Shown one piece after another: positions 49,703-62,829 of a stretch of DNA of 64,000 nt. Below the pieces are notes generated by a model that made no database searches, was not told where the DNA came from, and saw nothing but the letters and a program-made list of their open reading frames with translations. The DNA lies in NCBI RefSeq assembly GCF_006345805.1, contig NC_042998.1, positions 9,176,001 through 9,240,000 on the forward strand, written 5' to 3'. Positions within the stretch are counted from its first letter, which is position 1, and every line of letters starts with the position of its first letter. The translations under genes were made by a program, and so were the position numbers. This stretch comes from Octopus sinensis. Taxonomy: Eukaryota.

Positions 49703-50022
49703 AGGTGCGTGGCTTAGTGGTTAGGGTCATTCAACTAACAATTGTAAGGTCATGAGTTCAATTCCTGGTGGCGTGTTGTGTCCTTGAGCAAGACACTTTA
49801 TTTCATGTTGCTCCAGTCCACTCAGCTGGCAAACATGAGTAGTACCTGTATTTCAAAGGGCGAGCCTTGTCACTCACTGTGCCACATTGAATCACTCCAA
49901 GAACTACGTTAAGGGTATGTATGTCTGTGGAATGCTCAGCCACTTACACGTTAATTTCTCGAGCAAGCTGTTCCGTTGATCGTATCAGCTGGGACCCTTG
50001 TCGTCGCAACCAACGGAGTGCT
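49703..50022 (+). mobile_element. tRNA-derived SINE group C
   Basis: ggtgcgtggcttagtggttaggg head; tgtgtccttgagcaagacac core. Confidence 0.8.
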
Positions 50023-50023
50023 C

Positions 50024-50137
<114 letters not shown>

Positions 50138-50408
50138 ATGTATATATATATACACACACAAATATATCATCATTATCTTCATCATCATCATTTAATAATC
50201 ATTTTCCATGCTGGCATGGGTTGGATGGTTTGACAGGAGCTGGTATGGTAAGGTGAGGGGCTGTAGCAGGCTCCATTTTCTGTTCTGGCAGAGTTTCTAT
50301 GGCTGGATGTCCTTCCTAATGCCAACCATTTTACAGAGTGTACTGGGTGTTTTTTATGAGGCATCAGCACCAGTGCTGTTAACATGGCACCGTGTATGTG
50401 TGTGTGTA

Positions 50409-51557
50409 CTAGGTGGTATAAAAAAGTTCCAGAACTAGTAATGTTTAATAAAAAATTATTTATTTACCTAAGTTTTAACATCATCTCCTTTGAAATAGTC
50501 ACCTTGCACAACAATACACTTGTCCCAGTATTCCTGCTACTTTTGGAATCTGGCCTGGAAGTTGTTTTCCATAAGCAAGTCAAGGATCTTCTGCAATCCA
50601 CTCTGGATCTTGACAACGGTGTTAAAACGATGAACTTTGAGCTGCATTTTCCTCTTGGGGGAAGAGATGGAGGTCTGCAGGTGCTAAATCTGGTAAATAG
50701 GACAGGTGTGGAAGCCATACCATGTTGTTTTTGGCAAGAATTCATGAGTGAGGAGAGCTCAGTAATAGGAGGCACTGTCATCATGAAGAACCCAATGCTT
50801 CATGCTCCACAGATCCAGTCATTTTTATCAAATTTTCTCCCTCAAATACTTCAAAATGTTGCAGTAGAATTCTCAATTGGAGGTCAGGCTCTGGGGGACA
50901 AATTCTCAATGCACAATTCCACATTTCTAGGGATGACACAAGTGGCCAGTTTTCCAGATTGCTCATCGTCTTCCAGGAATGTTCTTTCACTTTTGAGGTG
51001 TCTGTGCCACTTGAAGCATTGTGTATGACCTATTGCCTCATCGCCATAAGCTTGCCAAAGTGTGCTCAATGTCTCTGTAGCAGACTTCCAAAGTTTAACC
51101 CTTTTGTTACCATGGTTATTTTGAGATGCTCTGTGTATCTTTCAATTAATTTTAAATATAACGAAGAATTTAATAGAATAACTTAGTTACCATTAAGCTA
51201 GTGTTAAGAACATAAACTGTGACTAAGGTTTGGTGGAAGATTTTAATGCAGAAGTTTTGAAAATAAGACATTTGTGCTACAGAGCCAGAGGTGGTTTCAG
51301 GCGGGTTAGTATTAAAAGGGTTAATGCAAAATTTCACGTTGGTTCTTTGTTCCAACTTCCTGTCCCTGACAAAATCAGACTACATGTGATCACAAAAAAA
51401 AAAAAATTTCACAACTTGTGAAGCAAACACAACAACGTCATCTGGTACACTGTCTCATAAAGGTCATTGCTAGCTCTCACTGTGCATGCAACGATGTGCT
51501 GCCGCCATCTGTTGGTGCACTACAGAACTAGTTCAGGAACTTTTTGATACCACCTTG
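50409..51557 (-). mobile_element. Mariner transposon remnant with ~28-bp TIRs and TA duplication
   Basis: TA|ctaggtggtataaaaaagttccagaacta ... tagttcaggaactttttgataccaccttg|TA; MEQRTNVKFC-IKLWKSATET, LHDDSA and QEYWDKCIVVQGDYFKGD. Confidence 0.85.
51099..51320. mobile_element. piggyBac-type MITE family 1 inserted in the mariner ORF
   Basis: TTAA on both sides; removing it rejoins KFC-IKL. Confidence 0.85.
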
Positions 51558-52864
51558 TATATAGATCATCATTATCATCATCACTTAATGTCCACTTTTC
51601 CATGCTTGCAAGGGTTGGATGGAACTTGTTGAGGTGGATTTTCTACATCCAGATACCTTCTTGTTACCAACCCTCACTTATTTCCAAGCAATGTAATTTT
51701 CCCCATGACCAGACACTGCATGATGGTGGCATTCATTTACAACTATCACATGAAATCAAAGTAAGGAGACAGTAGAACACACACACACACATACATATAT
51801 ACATATACACACACATACACACACAAATACATACATACATATACACACACATACACAAATACATACATAAATAGACACACACACACATAGATTAAAAAGG
51901 GCTTCTTTCAGTTTCCATTTACCAAATCCAATTTTCCAAGACTTTGGTCAACCAGGGTCTATAGTAGAAGACATTTTCCCAATTTGATATATCAATACCT
52001 AGAGTACAGATAGGTAAAGTTATGTCTAAATATTCTAGAGACATACAATAGCAACCGAAACAAGATGTGCTGATGATGTCTTATAAAATATTTCAAAAGT
52101 ATAATAGAAAGACCTTCAGAAAATTGACACCTTTTTCATACCAACCAGCTTGGAACTGCTCCTGGTTTGATAACACAAACTTCATATTTTAAAGTGATCT
52201 AAATGAAAACCTCCCAGCAAAATTCCAAGGTCATTTATTTTCCAAAATACCAGGTTAATAAAGACAAAATTATTTTTATCAAAGTTTTCATTATTTTTAA
52301 AAGTAATTGAAAGAAAGACAATATATTTTAAGAGAAATATAGTAACTAAAGAATGCTATATAGTTATATGTAAAATAGTCTTATTTATGAATATGAAAAA
52401 AAATACATTGTACAAAAGTACTATATAGTCTTCAAAGTTACTACTTCTAAGCATATAAATTTTTGGTTGTATGTAATTGTTAAATAAAACATATTGAAGC
52501 TTTCATCTCAATTATAACTATGTTGATGGTTATAAACAGCATAAAAAGTGATGTAGCTGTATTTTAATTGAACACTCTGAAAATATAGCTAAGACAACTT
52601 TTATATTCATAGTAATTTGGTTTTCCAAATGATATTTATGGCAACTAGATAAGTTACATCTGTACTCTACTTAAGCACTACATGCCAAGAAAATGATTTC
52701 AATTCAGATACTGTCATTTTTCCTTTGGCACATCACAGTTAATAATTTCATTGTTATCACTCCTGCTCTTATCATTTGATAAGAGCTAGGCGTTAGGAAA
52801 AGCATGTATTAGAACTGAAAGAACTATGTTCTAACAAAAAAAAAAAAATGAACTTAAAAATATT

Positions 52865-53077
52865 CCTTCCTACTCTAGACACAAGGCCTGAAATTTTGGG
52901 GAAGGGACCAGCCGATTAGATCGTCCCCAGTATGCAACTGGTACTTAATTTATCAACCCCGAAAGGATGAACGGCAAAGTCAACCTCAGCAGAATTTGAA
53001 CTCAGAATGTAAAGACAGATGAAATACTGCTAAGCATTTTGCCAGGCGTTGTAATATTTCTGCCAGCTCGCTGCCTT
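52865..53077 (-). mobile_element. Group B SINE
   Basis: Family match. Confidence 0.75.
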
Positions 53078-53097
53078 GGAACTTGGAAATATTAAAA

Positions 53098-54045
53098 ACT
53101 AGAAAAGCACTCGGAGAACACAGACCTCCGCCAAGCAGCTCATTTCCACCCATATACCCGCATGCTGAAAATCGCCCAATTTCCCAAACCAACGCTGGCA
53201 AAAACATAACCTCCTTAGCAGGGGTTAAAAAAAAATAACACAGCCATATGATTTAAAGAAAAAACCCTTTAAAAACAGGAATCATCTGAAGCAGTCATAA
53301 TACATCAATGAAAACAGCAAGCTAGTTTCACCATACAACTAAAAAGAAACAACAATTGCCTAAAACTTGAATGATACACACACAACATCATTGTCGGAAA
53401 AGTAACAGTCAGTCACGGTGACTTGTGGATGCCGATCCTGGCTCACGTAAACATGATCTAGCAAGCTTCCATAGTTGGCGGTGGGTTTTTGGACTAGTTG
53501 GTCAAACCCAAACTGGTTCATAGTTGTCAAGATCTCATGGTTAGGGGAAATCAAGAAGATCCACATTGAAAACACCAAGGACGATGGTCGGATGATTCCT
53601 TGACAAAGATAAAAGAGGTACCTGTCTACTTACGAAACTAAACATCCCTATCGACTTTAATTCCCTCTGTGGTCAGTATAGTATCAATCATACCTCAAGA
53701 GTCCATAGATATGCAAGTAAAATTACTAATAGAGAAACGAAAATAAAACTTTGGAAACAGCAACATCACTATAGTTTACATGGAAACGATGAACATGTTT
53801 TCAATGAGATAATCAAAGAACGTTGTAATACTTCATGTAAAGTAAATATAACAAATGAAAAATCCTTCAAAAATCCATAAAAATTCCCGGATCACTATCA
53901 AAATTTCATCATCTGTTCCTTATGTCATCACCAACTTTTCCTGCAAGTTTCATCAAATACCGTTCACATCTTGAGTCATTTTGTACACAGACGGACAAAC
54001 CAACACCAATGAAAACATAACCTCCTTCCTTGGCGGAGGTAATAA
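53098..54045. mobile_element. Helentron/HINE-like rolling-circle element
   Basis: Perfect 12-bp subterminal inverted repeat acctccgccaag (53124-53135) / cttggcggaggt (54029-54040); end hairpin acctcc..ggaggt; a second degenerate end at 53201-53228. Confidence 0.7.
53360..53695 (-). pseudogene. AP-like endonuclease C-terminal remnant (Helentron-type)
   Basis: LILY*P (YRP), PTIVLGVFNVDLL (GDFN), a frameshift, then QLVQKPT...GSLLDHVYV...DCYFSDNDVV and a stop a few codons later. Confidence 0.75.
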
Positions 54046-54309
54046 ATGTATAAAATGTGATAAGTTTTGTTTCCTATGAAAGTGTTACATAGATCACTGA
54101 AATCATGTATTTATATACATTTTTGGAGAAAATACTATTTTTTTTTATTGAGATCTTTCCTTCCTACTACAGTTTTAGTTAGAGCTAGCTGAATGTAGCA
54201 GAAACTCAGATAGTTGCCCAAAGGGCGAGACACATGTTTGGGGTATCACATCATGTATATGGGATATTCACAGAAATAGAAAAGGGAAAAAAATGAGAAA
54301 ATAACGAAT

Positions 54310-54650
54310 AAAACACTTCAAAAAATCTTATAGAGCAGACCATCCAAACCAGGCGACTTACCCCTCGTGCAGCTAGCCACTGCTTCCCATATTTCAAAGA
54401 CTGTTATCGTCCTTTCACAGTGCTCTGCCTCTTTCACCAAGATCCGCAGCAGCCCATTGAGGTAGAACATGAAATCCATCCTGCGATCTGGCTCACTGCT
54501 GGTCCCAAACAGTTGAGCAAAGTGCCACTGAAAGGCCACACACGTCTGTCTTGGATCAGTTATCATTTGCCCTTCGTGTTCTGGCACGGATCGGATCATG
54601 GATTTATTGCCAAGCTATGCCTCAGCCAGTTGGGTCCATTGAACGGCTTA
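54310..54650 (-). mobile_element. Tx1/L1-clade ORF2 fragment
   Basis: ITVFEIWEAV...GKSPGLDGLLYKIF pre-RT motif. Confidence 0.7.
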
Positions 54651-54865
54651 ATCCTTTCTACTATAGACATAAGGCCTGAAATTTGGTGGGAGGAGGTAAG
54701 TTGATTACATTGACTCCAGTGCATAACTGGTACTTATTCAATCGACCCCAAAAGGATGAAAGGCAAAGTCGACCACAGTGGAATTTGAACTCAGAATGTG
54801 GCAATGGATGAAATACCACTAAGCATTTCGACCAGAGTGCTAACAATTCTGCCAGCTCACAGCCT
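54650..54865 (-). mobile_element. Group B SINE
   Basis: Family match. Confidence 0.7.
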
Positions 54866-55032
54866 TAATGATAATAATAATAATGATAATGATAATAATA
54901 ATTATAACAACAATAACAACAACAAGCCAATCCCCACAAAAATAAGAATGCTTTACTGCGCACTCTTTAGGAGTACAGAGGTTTACCAGGTCGTGAAGCA
55001 GAAACTCACATGAAACTACCAGAGAAAAAAGT

Positions 55033-55078
<46 letters not shown>

Positions 55079-55087
55079 GTAATAATG

Positions 55088-55127
<40 letters not shown>

Positions 55128-55131
<4 letters not shown>

Positions 55132-55580
55132 GTTTGCTTATTGATCGACATGAGCATCCCCTGTGATCATAATATCTTGGCGAAAGAGTTTGACAAGCTC
55201 AGAAAATATAAAGACCTACTCATTGAAATTGAGAAAATGTGGCATCTCAAGGCGGTTACAATACCAGTGATCGTAGGAGCATTAGGAATGATCAAGAAAG
55301 GAACCGAAAATTATATGAGAATGATCCCTGGCTTACCATCCCTGCAAGAAGTGCAAAAGATTGTCTTAACTGGTACATCACACGTATTGAGAAGAGCACT
55401 GTCGATGTGAGAACTATTACTACCCATGTATTTTAATTTAACTTTAAAAAAAAAAAAATGAACGAACTAGTGAGTTTAGTTTAATGGCCTACCAATGTAT
55501 ACTATGAGTTTCTTTGCCCTAGGAGTTGGGAAGACACTCGGCAAGAAATGGAAGCAAATTTGAAAGAAGAAGAAAAAAAA
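55128..55580 (+). mobile_element. R4/Dong-clade element, 5'-truncated 3' end (restriction-like endonuclease tail) in (TAA)n
   Basis: LLIDMSIPCDHNILAKEFDKLRKYKDL...PVIVGALG; (TAA)n on both sides. Confidence 0.85.
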
Positions 55581-56582
55581 TAATAATAATAATAACAATA
55601 ATAATAATAACAACAATAATAATAATAATGATAATGATAATAATAATAATAATCTAATGGTAAAATGCTCCATTTCTTACAATGTGCATAAGTCTCCTAT
55701 AATAAGCTCCACAATTTTTCTATACAATTCTCAATTTTTTGTTTTAAAATTTATTCCCCATCAAGCCATCATCGTCTCTTCCAGTTTTACTGTCACCGAC
55801 CTTTACCAAATGATATTTCTCTGATCTTCTTCCTTAGACATTACTGACACATGATAAACTTCCTACTTAAAATATTTTCACACACCATTAATGCTGAATC
55901 TTACAAGTGATTTGTCTGGAGGCCTCAAACTCTTAATACCGACAAAATTGCTTCAAGGAGGTTTCTCCAACGTCAAGCAGTACTTCAATACAATTCTGAG
56001 CAGTTGTTGGCATTCTTCAAGGATCAAATAGATTACATTCCAATCTTCTAGAGAAATCAGTTCTTTCACATACATGCAAATCAAATATTAACAATTTCCA
56101 TCTCCTCGAAATCTCGATTGTGTACACTAATCTTAAGTCAAGTTGGCTTCCAATTATAGATAAATAATCTGTATCAGATGAGGAAGTTTCTTTGAGAGAA
56201 TAGTTACAAAAAAGAGTGCTTCAGCGCCATTTAAAATTCATTATGCCCACATCATAGGATATCTCATGAAAACTAAAAGTGCGAAATAACCTTTAGTAAA
56301 ACTTAAAGCGTTTTAACATATGTGTGTAGAAGACAGTACATTTAAGATCGCATACTGATAAAAATTAAAATATTGATTAAAACAGATCACAAATATAAAT
56401 ATATTAAATAATATATGTAACACTTATCACTAAAAAATATCAAAGAGGTATTTGTAAATGGAACTTGTACATATTAAATGTACATACATCAAATAATAAA
56501 TATCAATCATAAATGAAAATTTTCTTCTTAATAAACTTATTTGGCAAAGAAATTATTAATTTCATTTAATTAATAACCATCT

Positions 56583-56840
56583 ATCTGTCTTCTCTACCCA
56601 CTATTCGTGGGAGGAACGTGGGAGGAGAGTCCTCAGACACCTCCACCATAAGGTCCTGTCAAAAGCAATCATCATTAGACTTTTTGGCTGGATTCCCAAA
56701 CATAACCAATTGAAATAATGGATCCAACCATCCCATTCTCGGTCTACTCCTAGGTTTCCTGCCAACTGGCTTGGTTTGAAAAATCCATCTAGCAATTTTT
56801 TTCATGTCATTCTAATTACATGTCCATAATGCTGGAGCTG
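56583..56840 (-). mobile_element. RTE-clade LINE 3' end, decayed
   Basis: GHVIRM, then W..I...W..LGI.P..L...A.DR.LW..LRTLLPR pattern. Confidence 0.6.
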
Positions 56841-56991
56841 TGACCCCCCTCAGTGCAGAGAAGCAGTAGCTCAAATTGGAGAAATTCCCTGACCTCTGAG
56901 CTATGCATCCTGTTAAGATAAAATTGGAGTGACTTCATTTGTCAGTACTCCACCAATTCTATGTAGTTCTGGTAACAGTAAGTAACCCTTT

Positions 56992-57375
56992 GTGGAGGCG
57001 CAATGGCCCAGTGGTTAGGGCAGTGGACTCGCGGTCATAGGATTGCGGTTTCGATTCCCAGACCGGGCGTTGTGAGTGTTTATTGAGCAAAAACACCTAA
57101 AAGCTCCACATGCTTCAGCAGGGGATGGTGGTGATCCCTGCTGTACTCTTTCACCACAACTTTCTCTCACTCTTACTTCCTGTTTCTGTTGTACCTGTAT
57201 TTCAAAGGGCCGGCCTTGTCACTCTCTGTGTCACGCTGAATATCCCCGAGAACTACGTTAAGGGTGCACGTGTCTGTGGAGTGCTCAGCCACTTACACAT
57301 TAATTTCACGAGCAGGCTGTTCCGTTGATTCGGATCAACCGGAACCCTCATCGTCGTAACCGACGGAGTGCTTCC
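56992..57375 (+). mobile_element. Group C SINE with 11-bp TSD
   Basis: aagtaaccctt at 56980-56990 and 57376-57386. Confidence 0.9.
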
Positions 57376-57669
57376 AAGTAACCCTTCATACTTATTTGAA
57401 ATAACTAAGTAGGAACTGAAACTAGAATACTCTGTATAACTGTTGCATAAACAAAACCCACAACCACAAAATACCTAAGTGCACCCACCATAGCAACACA
57501 ATCAAGATGACTATTATGAAATATATGAAAGGTGCCTTTGTGCAAGGTATAACATGTGCAATGAATATTCCTTACATCCCAAATTGCAATGAAGCTCTCT
57601 CTGGTGTCTTACTTTGCAGAATCCCACAAGCCATGATTCTTCCAGCAACATAACTCTGCAAGTATTACA

Positions 57670-58272
57670 CCTATTTCTTTATTACCCACAAGGGGCTAAA
57701 CATTAGAGGGGACAAACAAGGACAGACATAGGTATTAAGTCGATTACATTGACCCCAGTGCGTAACTGGTATTTATCTAATCGACCCCGAAAGGATGAAA
57801 GGTAAAGTCGACCTCGGCGGAATTTGAACTCAGAACGCAGCGGCAGACGAAATACCTATTTCTTTATTACCCACAAGGGGCTAAGCATAGAGGGGACAAA
57901 CAAGGACAGACAAGTGGATTAAGTCGATTACATCGACCCCAATGCATAACTGGTACTTATTTAATCGACCATGAAAGGATGAAAGGTAAAGTCGACCTCG
58001 GCGGAATTTGAACTCAGAACGCAGCAGCAGACGAAATACCTATTTCTTTATTACCCACAAGGGGCTAAGCATAGAGGGGACAAACAAGGACAGACAAGTG
58101 GATTAAGTCGATTACATCGACCCCAATGCATAACTGGTACTTATTTAATCGACCATGAAAGGATGAAAGGTAAAGTCGACCTCGGCGGAATTTGAACTCA
58201 CAATATAACGGCGAACGAAATACCGCTAAGCATTTCGCCTGGTGTGCTAACGTTTCTGCCAGATCGCCACCT
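57670..58272 (-). mobile_element. Group B SINE: one head with three tandem bodies
   Basis: Roughly 185-bp period; junctions read gacgaaatacctatttcttt. Confidence 0.85.
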
Positions 58273-58438
58273 GCAGATATTACACCTGCAGATAAAGTAT
58301 CTGCATTTACTGCCAAAACCATTCTGCTAAGCATAACAAAGACAATCCCTAACTCTCCTTCTCCATCCCACTTGCTTTACTTCCAAATGTAGACATCATA
58401 TGTAAACAGTAACTCCAGTTCAGCTAGTTCTGATATTA

Positions 58439-58471
<33 letters not shown>

Positions 58472-58639
58472 CTATCTCCAATCCTCACCAAATACTTCGT
58501 TTCCTTTCTTTATAAAAAACCTGTAACCAAGAATTCCATCCCAAAGAAGAGCAGTCACTGAATCTAGCAGCTATTGGCTTTTCCTCCTTATTTCAAAAGC
58601 GTAGATGTAGCCATAAATAATCATATCCTATCATGCTAT

Positions 58640-58900
58640 TCAGTAACGCCAGTGTAATAATCTTAACAGAACTGGGTCTAATGGAGATCCGATTTCTCAC
58701 ATTTTACAAATTTCCTGCAAAAGAAATGTTGCAGAGTTTGACATCAGCAAAGACTTCAGTCATATCTGGAACGAGTGCCTTCTGTCAAGGTTGTTTGCCT
58801 GTGGTCTCTATTCATCTTTCATTTCTTACATCAGAAGATTACTTCACAGATCTATCGCATTATGTATCAACAAGCATCTTGTCAACCTCATTTCATCAAT
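58640..58900 (+). mobile_element. Highly decayed LINE RT remnant
   Basis: FDISKDFSHIWNECLLSRL resembles LDISKAFDRVWH..LL.KL. Confidence 0.4.
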
Positions 58901-59474
58901 ACTTATGGTTTCTTAGAGTTTTACAATTCTTCTTCCTCCTCCTTAAATGCTGCTGCTGCTGCTTCCATCACTGACATTGTCATCACATTATTTCTATTTC
59001 ACATCCTGTTTTCCAGACATCAGTGTGCATTCTAGTCACGTACTCTTGTATACATTGAAGGTATGTGCATGTGTGCATGCATACGTGCACATGCATGCAT
59101 GCATACATCCATATGTACATATGTACATACATTAACTTTTTGATAATGATTCTAATGCAAATCTCTTTACAAAGAACAGAACTATATATAAGAAAAACCA
59201 GATAAGCACCATTTCTACAAATAAAGACCTTGGAAACAATCTCCAATGGGGATATGATCTGGGCTATCTTAGCAGCATTATTATAGGCCCTTGGGCAAAT
59301 CAATGCACTAAACCCAATACAATATATTTATTAACAACAAGTCATAATATACATGTTTTAATGTAAGAATGTCTTTTCGGGGTTTTGGGCTTTGACTGCC
59401 CTTTCTAGCATGTAAGAAATCCACTTGGTGGTTTTCTCTCCATATATTTCATACACTACTATATTATAAGAATA

Positions 59475-59708
59475 AAAGGTGGCGAGCTGGCAGAAACGTT
59501 AGCACGCCGGGTGAAATGCGTAGCCGTATTTCGTCTGGTATTACATTCTGAGTTCAAATTCCGCCGAGGTCAACTTTACCTTTCATCCTTTCGGGGTCGA
59601 TAAATTAAGTACCAGTTACGCGCTAGGGTCGATATAACCGACTTAATCCGTTTGTCTGTCCTTGTTTGTCCTCTCTATGTTTAGCCCCTTGTGGGTAGTA
59701 AACAAATA
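59475..59708 (+). mobile_element. Group B SINE with 17-bp TSD
   Basis: actatattataagaata at 59458-59474 and 59709-59725. Confidence 0.9.
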
Positions 59709-59879
59709 ACTATATTATAAGAATATTTATGTCTTCTGACTTTTATTACACATGCTAAACACTGATATAAATCATTTAATAATTTTTACCCTTATATTTA
59801 TAAAGTTAAATATTTAAATTCTTCAGCCAGAAAGTAAACTTTTGAATTTATTCACTGCTGTATTACTCTGGTTTGGTAC

Positions 59880-60362
59880 GTTGGTTGAGAGCATCAAACA
59901 TCAAACATCAAACCTTGCTGCTAACTCAAGCATAGTTTGAAACGTATCTGCTTCCACTACAGATTCCAGTTCATCATTATCCACCTTGGTCTCAGGTCTA
60001 CCACAGGGTTGATTTCAAGAATAAAGTCACCAGACCAGAACGTCTCAAACCATCGATGTACAGTGCACTCATTCACCACATCTTCACCAAACATCTCACT
60101 GATGTTTCGAGCTGTCTGGGATGCATTGGTTCCATGACAGAACTCATATTCATAAACAGCATGAATTTTTTATCTATCCATGGGTTCACAAAAATTGATT
60201 TACAAGACAAAACTCATAATATAATCAGACACCGTGAATTACATTTCAAACAGTGATGATGTAACCCGTCAATGTTGTAAAACAAAGAATTGTCAAGATG
60301 ACACATTAGAGTTGACGACTGTCAAACTTGGTGCAGAAGAAAATCAGACATCTCATTCTTAA
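59880..60362 (-). pseudogene. Mariner transposase N-terminal remnant
   Basis: KIHAVYEYEFCHGTNASQTARNISEMFGEDVVNECTVHRWF...GRPETKVDNDELESVVEAD (with a frameshift). Confidence 0.8.
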
Positions 60363-60369
60363 TGACTTG

Positions 60370-60399
<30 letters not shown>

Positions 60400-60403
<4 letters not shown>

Positions 60404-60800
60404 CATCATCATCATTTAAGATCCATTGTCCAAAGAGGCATGGGTTGGACAGTTTGACCGGGGCTAGCAAGCTGGAAAGCTGTAGCAAACTCCAGACTGA
60501 TTTGGCATGATTTCTATGGGTGGATCCCCTTCCTAACACCAACCACTCCGAGAGTGTAATGGGTGCTTTTAGGTGCCGTCAGCATGGGTGCCATTTGCAT
60601 GACAATGGTATCTGCCAGGGCTGCGATTTTGTTCAGCTTGATGGGTCTTCTTCTCAAGCACGACATAATGCCAAAGGTCTTGGTCATTGCCTCTGTGAGG
60701 CCCAACACTTGAAAGGAACCTGGCCACCTCGCCTCCATGTGGCCCAATGTTTGAAAGGTGTTTTTTACATGCCACCAGGTATGTGACACCAGCATCAGCC
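60400..60800 (-). mobile_element. RTE LINE 3'UTR fragment
   Basis: (cat)n tail and family motifs. Confidence 0.6.
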
Positions 60801-61554
60801 ATGACTACAATCTCATGTGTGTGTGTGTGTGCATATATATAATATATATATATACATATGACAGATTTCTTTCATTTTCCATCTACCAAATCCACTCACA
60901 AGGCTTTGGTCAGCACAGGGCTATTGTAGAAGACAGCTGCCCAAGGTGCTGGATAGGGAGATTGAACCCAAGACTACATGGTTGAGAAGCAAGCTTCTTA
61001 GCAGCACAGCCAAGCCTGTTAATTTTCTGCTAATTCACCATACCAAATTGGTACTTTTTTTATTAACTCTGAAAGAATGAAAGGCAATGGTGATCATTTG
61101 AGCATAGCAGAATTTGAACCCAGAGCACAGAGAGGCATTCTAACTCACAAACTAACTACTCTGCTGAATCACCATAGTGAAAATAACTCCTTTCCAATTT
61201 AGAGTAAGATATCAGGAAATAAATAGAGTAAAGCATGAATAAAAGTGCTTGATTGAGATGCCTCTTGACACGTACAGAGTGTTAACATCAATTCAGGTTC
61301 AATATACTTTTTAATTATAAAGAACAAATTAGGATCATTTTAATTAGTGTTGGCAATCAATATTCAGAATGTGAGGCTTCAAGATGAGGCAACTAAAAAA
61401 CAATAATTAATTGCTTGTGTAATGAAAAATTTCTTTGTAAATTCAGAGGTTGATAATAAGTATGCAATGTAGTTTGTCTCCTTTGAAGCTCATTTTATAC
61501 ACACATACATATACAATGTGTATGAATATGTGTGTGTGTATATATATATATATG

Positions 61555-61666
61555 TAAGAATTTTTTGCGTAATAAGATAAAAAAACCAAGGCTGTGTAGA
61601 TATTAGAGCATACTCTAATATCTACACAGCCTTGGTTTTTTTTATCTTATTACACAAAATTTCTTA
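61555..61666. repeat. Near-perfect palindrome, ~54-bp arms and 4-nt loop
   Basis: aataagataaaaaaaccaaggctgtgtagatattagag-cata-ctctaatatctacacagccttggttttttttatcttatt. Confidence 0.9.
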
Positions 61667-62418
61667 TATACACACGCTGACATAGAACCAACGTTGAACC
61701 CTTTATTCGCAATATTACCGAATCTGGAACTTAACTATGGTCTGTCTATAGCACTTATTCAGCAATACCTGACACCTTTGGTTCTCAATGACACCATTAT
61801 CTCTTATATATATATATATTATATATATATAAATAATTTATGTCTTTATTTAAGTGTGTGTGTGTGTGTCATCATCATTTAACGTTCGTTTTCCCAGCTG
61901 GCATGGATTTGGGGGCTTGACAGAAACTGGTAAAGCCTGACGCCACATCAGGTTCCATAGTTTGTTTCGGCTCGGTTCCTAGAGCTGGATGCCCTACCTC
62001 CATTAACCACTCCACAGAGATTACTGAATGCTTTTTATGTGCTACTATCACTTCTACTCACTTCATAGTTTTAGGGTCCACCTGGACACCACATCACCAC
62101 TATTTATCTCTTTGCTGCTCCTACTGATCTTTTTCACTCCCTCTTCTAAATGTGAGTAGTCAAGGAGCTCCTCAATAAGAATCTGCTCTTGCCCCTCCTC
62201 TCATCTTTTGGCATAAAGTCTCTCTGCATAATGACTGCAATAGAGCTGGTGGCACAAAAGAAAGGCAACCACCTCGTATATACTGTAAAGTCGTTGGCGT
62301 TAGGAAACAATGCCAAAGTAGACACTGGAGTATAATGCAGTCCTTGAAACCATTGGATCCAAGTCAAACCATCCAGCTCACGCCAGTATGGAACATAAGA
62401 AGTTAAATGATGATTATG

Positions 62419-62572
62419 GTGTGGTAAGTAGCTTGCTTACCAACTACATGGTTCTGGGTTCAGTCCCACTGCGTGGCACCTTGGGCAAGTGTCTTCTACT
62501 ATAGCCTCGGGCCGACCAAAGCCTTGTGAGTGGATTTGGTAGACAAAAACTGAAAGAAGCCCGTCGTATATA

Positions 62573-62603
<31 letters not shown>

Positions 62604-62778
62604 TTATGTGTGTGTAAATGTTTTTCCCCCCAACATCGCATGACAACTGATGCTGGTGTGTTTACCGATATAATAAGTACTAGGCTTACAAAGAATAAGT
62701 CCTGGGGTCGATTTGCTCAACTAAAGGCGGTACTCCAGCATGTCCACAGTCAAATGACTAAAACAAGTAAAAGAGTAT
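62419..62778 (+). mobile_element. Group A SINE
   Basis: Family match. Confidence 0.8.
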
Positions 62779-62829
62779 ATGTACAGTGAATAGTGGTCGC
62801 TGTTAAATGATTATCATTATATGCTAAGT

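Noticed and set aside
50384-51028. Longest ORF in the track (214 aa, + strand)
   Set aside because: It is antisense to a decayed mariner transposase inside TIRs.
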